Shown here: positions 55,688-64,000 of the stretch, one piece after another
Layout: the number at the start of each line of letters is the position of its first letter
Numbering within the stretch: position 1 is the first letter of the stretch
Assembly: GCA_046116545.1 (NCBI GenBank)
Contig: CP175956.1
Location: 833,734 to 897,733 of the forward strand
Origin: Candidatus Moraniibacteriota bacterium
GTDB taxonomy: Bacteria; Patescibacteriota; Minisyncoccia; Moranbacterales; GCA-2747515
Reading direction: 5' to 3'
Length of the DNA stretch: 64,000 bases
Program-made: the position numbers and the translations under genes
Notes under the pieces: model-generated
Told to the model about the DNA's origin: nothing
Databases searched by the model: none
Seen by the model: the letters and a program-made list of their open reading frames with translations, nothing else

Positions 55688-56727
55688 TCTCCCTTATACT
55701 GTTGTTGTATACGCATCATTTGTGCATACATTTTTTTCTGACGAAGTCTATGATAGTTCATGTGTCCGGCAAAGTCTTTACGCTTGATAATTGCCCTTGC
55801 TACACTTGCTTTCCATTCGGAATCAAGTGATGCAGCAATCGTCCCTTGTAACAGACCAGTGACAGCACTATACATCATCATATCTGGAGTTCCTATAATC
55901 AAATTATTGAATCCAGAAGAAAACTTCTGAAATGGTGTGACCATTGGATTTTGAGATAACTTTGCAGTCATCTCTTCCACAGAAAGATTTGATACCACGA
56001 CTTCACCATCAGGCAATACAATTTCATGTCCGATAGTTCTGATGATATTCTTTCTCTGTTTTTGCCACCGTACCGAATTTGGATCAGCAGTAAATTGCTG
56101 CACATCATTCATAAAGTGCACCTGTCCACCACTTTGACTTTCCAAAATATTATTCCATGATTGATTAATCTGATCGATCGATTGACCAAATTTATTGAGT
56201 ATCGCAACACGATATTCAAAATCATCTAGGAATTTTTCATGATCCCATTCACCATCTTCTGATGAACTTTCATGAGCTGGTGGAAAAATCCACACACCAG
56301 TGTCTTTATTTGAAACAAAGAATTTGTAACCATTAGAATTAAAACCTTTCTTAGTTCCATTGATCATACAATTCATTCTCTCAAAATAATAAAGACCAAT
56401 TGGATGAGGTCCTTCTGTATAACAGAAGCCTCCAATTATTGGCGCATCTTCATGTTCAGTACTAGCACCAATTATCGGAAAAAATCCCTTAAGTTCAAAA
56501 CCAAATTCCTCCGAATATACCGGAGTGGCTTCAGTGTCCAAATTGGAATGCCTAATTGCATGAAAAGATATGAACGTGTCATTATCTTTTTCCATCTGAG
56601 TCGGATGCTTTGCAGCATCTCCATACTCATCAACCAATGCAACACCTTCCATGTATGTTTTTTTACCGGCACAACCGGTAAAAAACAATACGATACAACA
56701 CAACAAAATAAAATTTAATTGTTTCAT
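55684..56727 (-). CDS. Hypothetical lipoprotein
   Basis: Signal peptide plus lipobox LLCCIVLFFTGCAG. Overlaps the upstream gene by 4 nt. Confidence 0.45.
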   Translation of the reverse strand: MKQLNFILLCCIVLFFTGCAGKKTYMEGVALVDEYGDAAKHPTQMEKDNDTFISFHAIRHSNLDTEATPVYSEEFGFELKGFFPIIGASTEHEDAPIIGGFCYTEGPHPIGLYYFERMNCMINGTKKGFNSNGYKFFVSNKDTGVWIFPPAHESSSEDGEWDHEKFLDDFEYRVAILNKFGQSIDQINQSWNNILESQSGGQVHFMNDVQQFTADPNSVRWQKQRKNIIRTIGHEIVLPDGEVVVSNLSVEEMTAKLSQNPMVTPFQKFSSGFNNLIIGTPDMMMYSAVTGLLQGTIAASLDSEWKASVARAIIKRKDFAGHMNYHRLRQKKMYAQMMRIQQQYKGE

Positions 56728-56978
56728 ACCAGTCTCCTTTTTTTGACTTATATATTATTGTTAAAGAAATCTTAACTTTTGCGTAATCAATAAGATTACA
56801 TGAAAATACATATGAAATACATACTTTCATGTAATTTTATAAACAACTATCCATTAATATTTTAACCATCTATTATACTACGAAATTACTTTTTTGTCAA
56901 TAGATAGATTGTTGAAAAAAAGAAAAAAGCGATCTGTGTATACAAATCGCTTTTATGTTATTTACCTATCTATAAATA

Positions 56979-57434
56979 TTACTCTGCTTTATAGATAAGG
57001 AATGTCCCCTCCGTCATTTCACGGCCAGGATATTCATGGTCTTCTTCCGAAACTTCTGTTTTAGTTAAAGCCTCTCCAGGAAGCAATAACTCATCTTGGA
57101 TTTCTCCAACTGTTACTACTGCATCTTTTCTAAAAAGACGCACACAATCTCCACCCTGATTGTTATTAATCCTCTGATAGATATATGTCCATCCATCTGG
57201 ATTGGTGTGAAGACGCTTTGCCTCTCTCATGCCGGTTTTTTTATCGAAGATAACTTCGATGACATCGCCACCATGACCATTTGTCGCTTCCAGAACATTG
57301 GAAGAAACGATACCAGGAGGAAATGGATTATGATCACATCGCCCCTCTCCTTGTGGATTAATTCTCATATCTCCAGCAAAGCAGGTACCTACGGAAATCA
57401 ACATCATCCACGCAACCAACAATACTTTTTTCAT
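56979..57434 (-). CDS. Secreted small protein; paralog of the C-terminal domain of the 57607-58950 protein
   Basis: Signal peptide, then MRINPQGEGRCDHNPFPPGIVSSNVLEATNGHGGDVIEVIFDKKTGMREAKRLHTNPDGW, near-identical to residues of the neighbouring 447-aa protein. Confidence 0.5.
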   Translation of the reverse strand: MKKVLLVAWMMLISVGTCFAGDMRINPQGEGRCDHNPFPPGIVSSNVLEATNGHGGDVIEVIFDKKTGMREAKRLHTNPDGWTYIYQRINNNQGGDCVRLFRKDAVVTVGEIQDELLLPGEALTKTEVSEEDHEYPGREMTEGTFLIYKAE

Positions 57435-57606
57435 TTTATTCTCCCTGTTTTGTGCTCATATCTGAGCGTTTTTATTGTTTTGCTAACTTAATTCCAAACT
57501 ATAAAACTAAATCAACTGTAAACTATAACACACAAACTATATTTTGTCAATAAAATGAAAAGAGGTAGTTTGTATATACAAACCACCTCTTTACGTGTGT
57601 GTTATT

Positions 57607-58950
57607 TTACTCTGTGACAGGAACGTCTCCAACCTTATGAACAAGGAAGGTTCCCTCCGTCATCTCACGTCCCCAATACTCATGGTCCATTTCTGAAACC
57701 ATTCTAGGCACAAGAGATTCTCCAGCTCTCAGTAACTGCTGAAGTTGTTCAATAGTGAACATGTCATCTTTTTGAAAAAGCCAAACACAATCACCACCTG
57801 CTCCATTTGGATTAATCCACTGATAAACATAAGACCATCCATCTGGATTGGTATGAAGACGTTTTGCATGTCTCATACCAGTTTTCTCATCAAAGATAAC
57901 TTCGATGACATCACCACCACGTCCATTCGTCGCTTCCATAACATCAGTAGAAACAATACCGGGAGGAAAAGGATTGTGATCACATCTTCCTTCACCCGCC
58001 ACATTAATACGCATGCCAACAAGAGCTGGCATATCTGCATAAACAGTCTGTGTTTGCACACGGACTTCAGGTGGACGAGATTCAGCTACTACACGCTTCT
58101 GTTGTTCTTGGCGAAGTTTCTGTTGCAACTCTCCAATATAAACAGTTTTAGCATGCAGTTCATTGGCATAAATCTTGTTAGCCTCAATAAGATCAACAAC
58201 GATTTTTTTCGCATTAATAATATTTGCATTAAGCACATCAATATGTGCTGTTTGCGCGCGAAATTCCTCAGTCTCCACTCGCTTAGCCTGAACAAGGTCT
58301 GCAACGACCTTTTTGGCTGTGAGTAATTGTGTCTCAAGCGTTTCCACATGAGCAGTTGTTACCCTAAGCTCAGTTGCTACAACTTCACTAGCTTTAACTA
58401 GATCAGCATTAACAACTGTGATATCAGCTACTTGAGCTTCCAAATGCTTAGTATGAACTAAATCAGTTGAAATCTCTTTCACAGACAGCTTGTGACCATG
58501 CTTCTTGTAATAAGCACGCCGAATTTTACCAGCCTTGACAACCATCGCCTTAAAGGTCGGATCGTCAGAACTAATAGTCTTAAGCTCAATACCAGCCTTC
58601 AAACTATTCAAATCAGCGGCCGTAAGACCTGATACAGCAGCAATTAACCATGGATTTTGCCCACGATCATTTGCAAACTTAATCAAGTTTTGATTCTTTG
58701 GTAAAGAACCTAAGATGATAGCCTGTTGAATATCTAAGATATTCTCAGTATCAGCCTTAACCTCACCAATAGCACCAGTTATTACTTCCTCCGATTTAAT
58801 GATCTGATCAAGGATGTGCTGCATTGAAACTTCTGATTTAGAAGCACTATCAACAATTACCTTTACATTCATCTCTTCAGCTACTGCAAATGCAGAAGGA
58901 TGAAGAAATACCATAGCCATTCCTACGAAAAAAAATTGAATTTTTTTCAT
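57607..58950 (-). CDS. Secreted protein with ~33-aa tandem coiled-coil-like repeats and the shared C-terminal GEGRCDHNPFPPGIV domain
   Basis: Signal peptide MKKIQFFFVGMAMVFLHPSAFA. Repeats ...ADLVKASEVVATELRVTTAHVETLETQLL / ADLVQAKRVETEEFRAQTAHIDVLNANII... The C-terminal domain is paralogous to 56979-57434. Confidence 0.5.
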   Translation of the reverse strand: MKKIQFFFVGMAMVFLHPSAFAVAEEMNVKVIVDSASKSEVSMQHILDQIIKSEEVITGAIGEVKADTENILDIQQAIILGSLPKNQNLIKFANDRGQNPWLIAAVSGLTAADLNSLKAGIELKTISSDDPTFKAMVVKAGKIRRAYYKKHGHKLSVKEISTDLVHTKHLEAQVADITVVNADLVKASEVVATELRVTTAHVETLETQLLTAKKVVADLVQAKRVETEEFRAQTAHIDVLNANIINAKKIVVDLIEANKIYANELHAKTVYIGELQQKLRQEQQKRVVAESRPPEVRVQTQTVYADMPALVGMRINVAGEGRCDHNPFPPGIVSTDVMEATNGRGGDVIEVIFDEKTGMRHAKRLHTNPDGWSYVYQWINPNGAGGDCVWLFQKDDMFTIEQLQQLLRAGESLVPRMVSEMDHEYWGREMTEGTFLVHKVGDVPVTE

Positions 58951-59146
58951 GTTTTTCTCCTTTTTTGGTTATGTCCCCATAATAACTGGACAAAGTTTAT
59001 ATTTTTTACTGTTAAATAAACACACACGGTTAGATCAATAAAATAAATTGATCTACCTGTGACAAAAATATTTAATTTTCATCACAAAGTAGAACTGTCT
59101 ATTCTTTAACGTATAACTCTACCACATTTCACAAGAAATGCAATGG

Positions 59147-59995
59147 CTATTCGTTTTTATTAAAGTTACTAATTCTATCATGTAACTCATTCACATTTTG
59201 ATTTAAATACTCAGCATTCTCATCAAAATCATCCTGTTCATCAACTAATTCATCTTCTGCGACATAATCATCAACAGAATTATTTAACTGATTATTAAAA
59301 TGATCTTCAACTGCATTATCATTATGCGTATTTATTTCCTCTATTTCATCCTGCTTTTTCTCTTTTTTTTGAGACAAACAAAACTTGTTTGGAAAAAAAT
59401 ATATAAATACTACAGCAAGAACCCCACCAAACAATCCTCCAATTATAGTATTTGGCAATATTCTAGGTACAGTAGGTCTAAGTGGTGTATTTGGTCCATC
59501 TATAAGACGAACTGTTACACGATCTCCACCGCCATGATACTTATCACCTTTTGTTGTCAATATATAAGCTGCTGCTTTTGCAGTTTCCTCCGCTGTTTTA
59601 CGAGATTCATCAAGTACACTGATATGCATTATACCCGTATTATTTACCTTTTTCACACTTATAACTTTTTTCCATTCTTTTTCCCACTCTTCAGGATCAT
59701 GTGAAAAATCACGACGCACATCAAAAGGTGCATCCTGCACATCATTGAAAAATGATGTCGTGTGTATAACACGAGTAAATATGTTACTCAAAAACTCAGC
59801 AGACTTTGTAGCACTAAATGCATCTACTTTCTCACTTTCTTGTTCCTGTACAACAATCATAGAAATATCACTCTGATATTTCGCTGGCATTATTACAGAA
59901 ATTATAAATGCAATAAGAGCAAAAACTATAATTGACACTATAACAAGTCTCCATCTATGTGCTATATATTTTATTGTTATTTCTTGTTCATTCAT
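59147..59995 (-). CDS. Wzz-like polysaccharide co-polymerase / chain-length determinant
   Basis: Two TM helices (aa ~17-37 and ~195-215) flank a periplasmic domain. The N-terminus AHRWRLVIVSIIVFALIAFIISVIMPAKYQSDISMIV is Wzz-like. Acidic C-terminal tail. Confidence 0.5.
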   Translation of the reverse strand: MNEQEITIKYIAHRWRLVIVSIIVFALIAFIISVIMPAKYQSDISMIVVQEQESEKVDAFSATKSAEFLSNIFTRVIHTTSFFNDVQDAPFDVRRDFSHDPEEWEKEWKKVISVKKVNNTGIMHISVLDESRKTAEETAKAAAYILTTKGDKYHGGGDRVTVRLIDGPNTPLRPTVPRILPNTIIGGLFGGVLAVVFIYFFPNKFCLSQKKEKKQDEIEEINTHNDNAVEDHFNNQLNNSVDDYVAEDELVDEQDDFDENAEYLNQNVNELHDRISNFNKNE

Positions 59996-59998
59996 AAA

Positions 59999-60937
59999 CT
60001 AAATATTATTACTCTTTAGAGAAAAATCATTCTTCATATTACAATTCAAGGCATCACAATTATTCGTTATAAATTCCTGAATTGCCAATCTAATTTTTGG
60101 AGTTTTATCTCTCATTTCTAGATATTTTGTTTTTGATACATAATCCTGAAATGCATACAGTACGGCAATTAGAAACCCATATCTACCATCCAAAAATCCA
60201 AATCTCACTATATACATATATACAAATCTAGCAAATGACGTTCCTGGTATGAAGAACCACACGTCCTTAATCAATGCTTTTGTATATAACCCATTTGTAA
60301 AAAATTGTTTTAAATCGACTTTTGTTTTAAATATGCTCTCATGAGCCTTGACCATATAATTTGCTTGTTGCGTAGAATATCTATTAAATTTTTCAAAAAA
60401 TTGAGATAGACTTCTATCACTATAATGCAACATGTCTCCATCAACTACTTGCATTTTATCTTTTGGTAAAATTATATGTTCGTGCACATTACGATCTTCA
60501 TATCTAATTGTTCGTTTAAATAATCGAACATTATATAGTGGATAGCGACCCCCCCAACGCAAGAATTTTTTCAAAAAGAAATGTTTTCTAGCTATTTCAT
60601 AACCATCATATTTATTCATCCCTTCTCCACTGTTCAATAATTTTTTTATATTATCTCGTAATTCATCAGTTACAACTTCATCACTATCAAGTACCAATAT
60701 CCAATCATATTTTGATTTAGGAATTGCCCAATTTTTTTGATCTGCATGATATGTAAATTTTCTTTGAATAACACGTGCACCATAACTTTCAGCTATTTCA
60801 ACAGTCTTATCTGTAGAAAATGAATCAACAACAAATATTTCATCTGCCCACAAAACAGACTTTATAGCTTGAGCTATAAGATCCTCCTCATTATATGTAG
60901 GTATCAAAACCGTTAATTTGTGTCCATTATTAGTCAT
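59999..60937 (-). CDS. Glycosyltransferase family 2
   Basis: LTVLIPTYNEEDLIAQAIKSV...DEIFVVDSFSTDKTVEIAESYGARV...LDSDE is the GT2 DXD pattern. Confidence 0.8.
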   Translation of the reverse strand: MTNNGHKLTVLIPTYNEEDLIAQAIKSVLWADEIFVVDSFSTDKTVEIAESYGARVIQRKFTYHADQKNWAIPKSKYDWILVLDSDEVVTDELRDNIKKLLNSGEGMNKYDGYEIARKHFFLKKFLRWGGRYPLYNVRLFKRTIRYEDRNVHEHIILPKDKMQVVDGDMLHYSDRSLSQFFEKFNRYSTQQANYMVKAHESIFKTKVDLKQFFTNGLYTKALIKDVWFFIPGTSFARFVYMYIVRFGFLDGRYGFLIAVLYAFQDYVSKTKYLEMRDKTPKIRLAIQEFITNNCDALNCNMKNDFSLKSNNI

Positions 60938-61025
60938 ATATCTTTTTTACAGATAGTATATTTAACTCTATAATTTTCATTTAACTGTATACTATAGCAA
61001 AAAAATGATACTTTGTCAAGGCCTG

Positions 61026-61063
61026 TATTTCAAACAAAAAACACTAGACTATTTAAATAATCT
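61026..61063. promoter_or_regulatory. 30-bp near-perfect palindrome in the divergent GT2/dapB promoter region (operator- or attenuator-like)
   Basis: aacactagactattt|aaataatctagtgtt (1 mismatch), flanked by an A-run and a T-run. No gene converges here. Confidence 0.3.
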
Positions 61064-61263
61064 AGTGTTTTTTCAATTGTGAACTACTGTTTAACAAATT
61101 GGAACTCTTTACTGAAGGAATTTGAAAAATGGAACAGTTTTTATACACTTTAAGCCCTAATAAAAATCTATTGACACGTCCCTATTTCCCTGCTAACTTT
61201 AACCATCAAGTAGTCATTTAACAATGCAGTTAACATTAACTCAATCACAAAGGAGATTGTAAT

Positions 61264-62097
61264 ATGGAAAAGAAAATCCCAGTAATGATAAATGGTTTAC
61301 CTGGTAATATGGCAAGTTTAATTGAAGAAGCTATTTCAAAACAGTCCAATTATCAAATCGTTATCGCCTCATTGACAGGTTATGAAACTGGTGACTGGTA
61401 TGAGAGTCACAGAAGCGGTGGCATAAAACTCTATGAGCCACCAGAACATCAAGCCATACTCGAAGAGGCATCTCTTCAGTGGGGTGAATCTGGTCTCATA
61501 GCAATTGATTTTACTCAACCTACTGCGATTGAAGAAAATGTAAATTTGTACTGCAAAAATAAAATACCCTTCATTACTGGAACAACTGGTGGTAATCGAC
61601 AGTTGCTTACAAAATTAGTTGAGGAGTCTGAAATATCCGCAGTCATTGCTCCAAATATGTCTGTGCCGATAGTAATGCTCATGGATATGATTGCATTTGC
61701 TGCAACCAATTATCCCAATGCACTCAAAGACTGGGAGATACGGATAGTTGAAAGTCATCAATCATCAAAGGCTGATGTGAGCGGAACTGCCTTAGCCATA
61801 GGTGAAATCATAAAAGATCTTGGTGTTAATTATAGTCCTTCCAATATCCGTGATGTACGTGATAAAATTGAACAACGCCTCATGGGCATTCCTGAATTTG
61901 CACTTGATGGACATGGCTGGCATAAATACTCTCTGATATCACCCGATGGTAATGAAATGATTGGATTTGAACATAACATCAACGGTCGCGATACATACGT
62001 CAACGGCACATTGATGGCACTCGACTTTTTAACAAAAAAAGTTGCTGAAGGTGCTAAAGGAAAATGTTTTTCAATGAAGGATGTCATGCGAGGATAA
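61264..62097 (+). CDS. dapB: 4-hydroxy-tetrahydrodipicolinate reductase
   Basis: IAIDFTQP, FITGTTGG, APNMSVPIVML, IVESHQSSKADVSGTALAIGEII, GRDTYVNGTLMAL and CFSMKDVM match the DapB motifs DFTxP, IGTTG, APNFS, EaHHxxKxDAPSGTA and LFDMRDVL. Confidence 0.8.
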   Translation: MEKKIPVMINGLPGNMASLIEEAISKQSNYQIVIASLTGYETGDWYESHRSGGIKLYEPPEHQAILEEASLQWGESGLIAIDFTQPTAIEENVNLYCKNKIPFITGTTGGNRQLLTKLVEESEISAVIAPNMSVPIVMLMDMIAFAATNYPNALKDWEIRIVESHQSSKADVSGTALAIGEIIKDLGVNYSPSNIRDVRDKIEQRLMGIPEFALDGHGWHKYSLISPDGNEMIGFEHNINGRDTYVNGTLMALDFLTKKVAEGAKGKCFSMKDVMRG

Positions 62098-62204
62098 TAT
62101 TCCTTTCATAACAAAAATGCGAAGATTCTCAAAAGAATCTTCGCATTTTAATTTTATCCCATAAAAACAAAAAAACCACTTACATAAGCAGTTTTTCCTA
62201 ACCG

Positions 62205-62276
62205 TGATCCCACGGAGAATCGAACTCCGGTTTCCAGGATGAGAACCTGGCGTCCTAGCCGCTAGACGATGGGACC
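62205..62276 (-). tRNA. tRNA-Glu (anticodon CUC)
   Basis: Minus strand reads GGTCCCA-T-CGTC-TAGCGGCTAG-GACG-CCAGG-TTCTCAT-CCTGG-AAAC-CGGAG-TTCGATT-CTCCG-TGGGATC-A. All four stems are well paired. Confidence 0.9.
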
Positions 62277-62364
62277 TTAAATACAAAATTTATTATAGCA
62301 ATAATATAATAAAAAATCAATACTTCATTAAGTATGAAATAGAGCACTCTATTTCATCCAACAT

Positions 62365-63603
62365 CTATAACACATTTTCACTCTTATTCAAGATAAGCTC
62401 TTTAACAACATTCTCCATATGAATACCCCGTGAACCCTTTATCAAAATAGTATCTTCCGATTTTATAACATCTCTAATTTTATCACATACATTAACACTT
62501 TCATCAAAATGACTTACTGAAATATTTGATTTTTTTAATATAGTAACCGCATATTTCATCTCTTCCCCAACCAAAAACACTTCATCAATTTTAATTTCCT
62601 GTAATTGTCTTGCTATTTTTTGATGCTCTCTTTGTGAGATATCACCCAATTCTTTCATATCTCCTAAGATAGCAATTTTACGACTACCTTCAATATTATT
62701 CAAAACATCTATTGCTGCACTCATTGATTTTGGTGATGCATTATATGTATCATCTATAATTTTTGAACCTTTGATTCCTTCAAAAAATTGCATCCTACCT
62801 GGAGAAGTTTGGAAATCATACACATCATTCATAACTTCAACAATATTCAATTTTAAATGCTCCGCAACAGCAATCCCAGCCAATACAGAATAGATAAAAT
62901 GCTCTGCTATTACATTTTTTAATCTTACTGGAATTATTTTATTTTTATAATTTAATTTAAACGAAAGACCTCTATCATGACAACTATAAAAACATGTTTC
63001 TATATCTGTTGCAACAAAGTCAGCACCATCAGACTTCCCAAAAGTAATTGCAGTATCAACCTTATTCAAAACACTTACAACATTTTTATCATCATAATTA
63101 ATAATTGCTATACCACCCTTTTTCATATTAGTTACTATTTTTTGCTTTTCCCTTGTAATTTCATCAATGCTACTAAAAAATTCACTATGAGCAAATGATA
63201 TTGCAGTTAATACTGATATATCCAATGGTACAATACTAGTCAAATAATCCATATCACCTGGCCTATCCACACCCATTTCAACCACAACAATTTCTGGATA
63301 TTTACAATAAATCATTTTTGTTATCCATACACCAAAAATATAAAATATTGAAAATATTGATTTAATATCTTTATTAACTCCCAATATAGTAAGTGGTACA
63401 CCTATTTCATTATTATAGTTCTTTTTTGTATAATATATCTGCTTATGTTTTTTAAGGATATGCACAATAACATCTTTTGTTGTCGTCTTACCAACAGATC
63501 CTGTTATTCCTATAACGTATGGATTATAACGCCATAAAATAGACTTTGATATAAATCCAAGTATTTTTTCTAACATTCTAATTTTAATACTTTTTCCATT
63601 CAT
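62365..63603 (-). CDS. murF: UDP-N-acetylmuramoyl-tripeptide--D-alanyl-D-alanine ligase
   Basis: VIGITGSVGKTTTKDVI (Mur ligase P-loop), DDTYNASPKSMSAAIDVL, and a C-terminal Mur ligase domain. The start is taken at the internal MNGKSIK. Confidence 0.85.
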   Translation of the reverse strand: MNGKSIKIRMLEKILGFISKSILWRYNPYVIGITGSVGKTTTKDVIVHILKKHKQIYYTKKNYNNEIGVPLTILGVNKDIKSIFSIFYIFGVWITKMIYCKYPEIVVVEMGVDRPGDMDYLTSIVPLDISVLTAISFAHSEFFSSIDEITREKQKIVTNMKKGGIAIINYDDKNVVSVLNKVDTAITFGKSDGADFVATDIETCFYSCHDRGLSFKLNYKNKIIPVRLKNVIAEHFIYSVLAGIAVAEHLKLNIVEVMNDVYDFQTSPGRMQFFEGIKGSKIIDDTYNASPKSMSAAIDVLNNIEGSRKIAILGDMKELGDISQREHQKIARQLQEIKIDEVFLVGEEMKYAVTILKKSNISVSHFDESVNVCDKIRDVIKSEDTILIKGSRGIHMENVVKELILNKSENVL

Positions 63604-63607
63604 AAAC

Positions 63608-64000
63608 TTATTTTTTAACAATTTCTTCTGTTGGTGAAATATTATAAAAATCAAGTAAATACTTCATGATTTTACCAAAAGTTGGAGCTGCACTTGATTC
63701 TGCCCAAATAACTGTTTTTGGATTATCAATCCTTACGACTATTACAAACTGTGGATCATCAATTGGTCCATATCCTGCAAATGTTCCTATTGTTTGAGCA
63801 TCATCATAACCCTTTTTACCAGTATTTGCAACTTGTGCTGTTCCAGTTTTTCCACCTATCAAATATCCAGACACATCAGCTCTTTTCCCATGCCCATTTA
63901 CAACAACACTTCTCAACATTTCCCCAATCTGTTTTGATGCACCTTCACTAATTACTCTATGCACAACATGCGAATCCATTATTTCTTCTTCTCCATTACT
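63608..64000 (-). CDS. Penicillin-binding protein transpeptidase (FtsI/PBP2-like), C-terminal fragment; gene continues beyond window end
   Basis: YLIGGKTGTAQ is the KTG motif of the PBP transpeptidase. The reading frame is open to position 64000. Confidence 0.8.
   Translation of the reverse strand, partial: SNGEEEIMDSHVVHRVISEGASKQIGEMLRSVVVNGHGKRADVSGYLIGGKTGTAQVANTGKKGYDDAQTIGTFAGYGPIDDPQFVIVVRIDNPKTVIWAESSAAPTFGKIMKYLLDFYNISPTEEIVKK

Noticed and set aside
3246-61022. Recurrent ctttgtcaagg motif (3246, 45419, 61011) as a shared promoter element
   Set aside because: Only three copies and 11 nt long. One copy sits where no downstream plus-strand gene exists (45419). It could be a -35-like element, but this cannot be supported from sequence alone.
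62071-62286. Track ORF 62071-62286 (-)
   Set aside because: Overlaps tRNA-Glu(CUC) with its perfect cloverleaf. Not a protein gene.

Overview
AT-rich bacterial chromosomal segment, by eye roughly one-third GC (not computed). TAA/TAG/TGA all behave as stops, so standard code 11. The gene content looks like a reduced-genome, CPR/Patescibacteria-like organism, but that is inference only.

The window is dominated by housekeeping genes on both strands: an smc 5' fragment, pth, dprA, topA, rnhB, dnaE, thrS, miaA, gatB, secE-nusG-rplK-rplA, tsf-rpsB, rpmE, prfA, dapB, murF and a PBP fragment. RNA genes are a four-tRNA cluster (Thr-Tyr-Thr-Trp) at 45.4-45.9 kb and a tRNA-Glu at 62.2 kb. There is also a cell-surface polysaccharide cluster (GT4, O-antigen-ligase-like, Wzz-like, GT2), a type IV pilin, and many secreted proteins and lipoproteins.

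The more unusual content:
1. A compact, co-directional, phage-flavoured pyrimidine deoxynucleotide module at 27.3-31.8 kb. It reads dNMP kinase, dCMP deaminase, dNMP-kinase paralog, Zn-ribbon protein, a double-length tandem-fused ThyX-like gene, dUTPase and a MazG-like gene.
2. A lipid-handling and export neighbourhood at 36-45.3 kb: acyl-ACP-reductase-like oxidoreductase, GDPD, PlsC-type acyltransferase, TrmB regulator, secreted Ig-like repeat protein, lipoprotein, LolA-like protein and an MMPL/RND transporter.
3. At least three dispersed intergenic repeat families, namely two GC-rich multi-hairpin families and a ~95-nt MITE-like palindromic element, plus a (TAAAC)12 microsatellite.
4. A candidate T-box leader upstream of thrS.
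5. A tRNA-like T-arm/acceptor fragment with its own terminator.
6. Two higher-GC hypothetical genes of unknown function.

No CRISPR array, rRNA, integrase or transposase was recognised.
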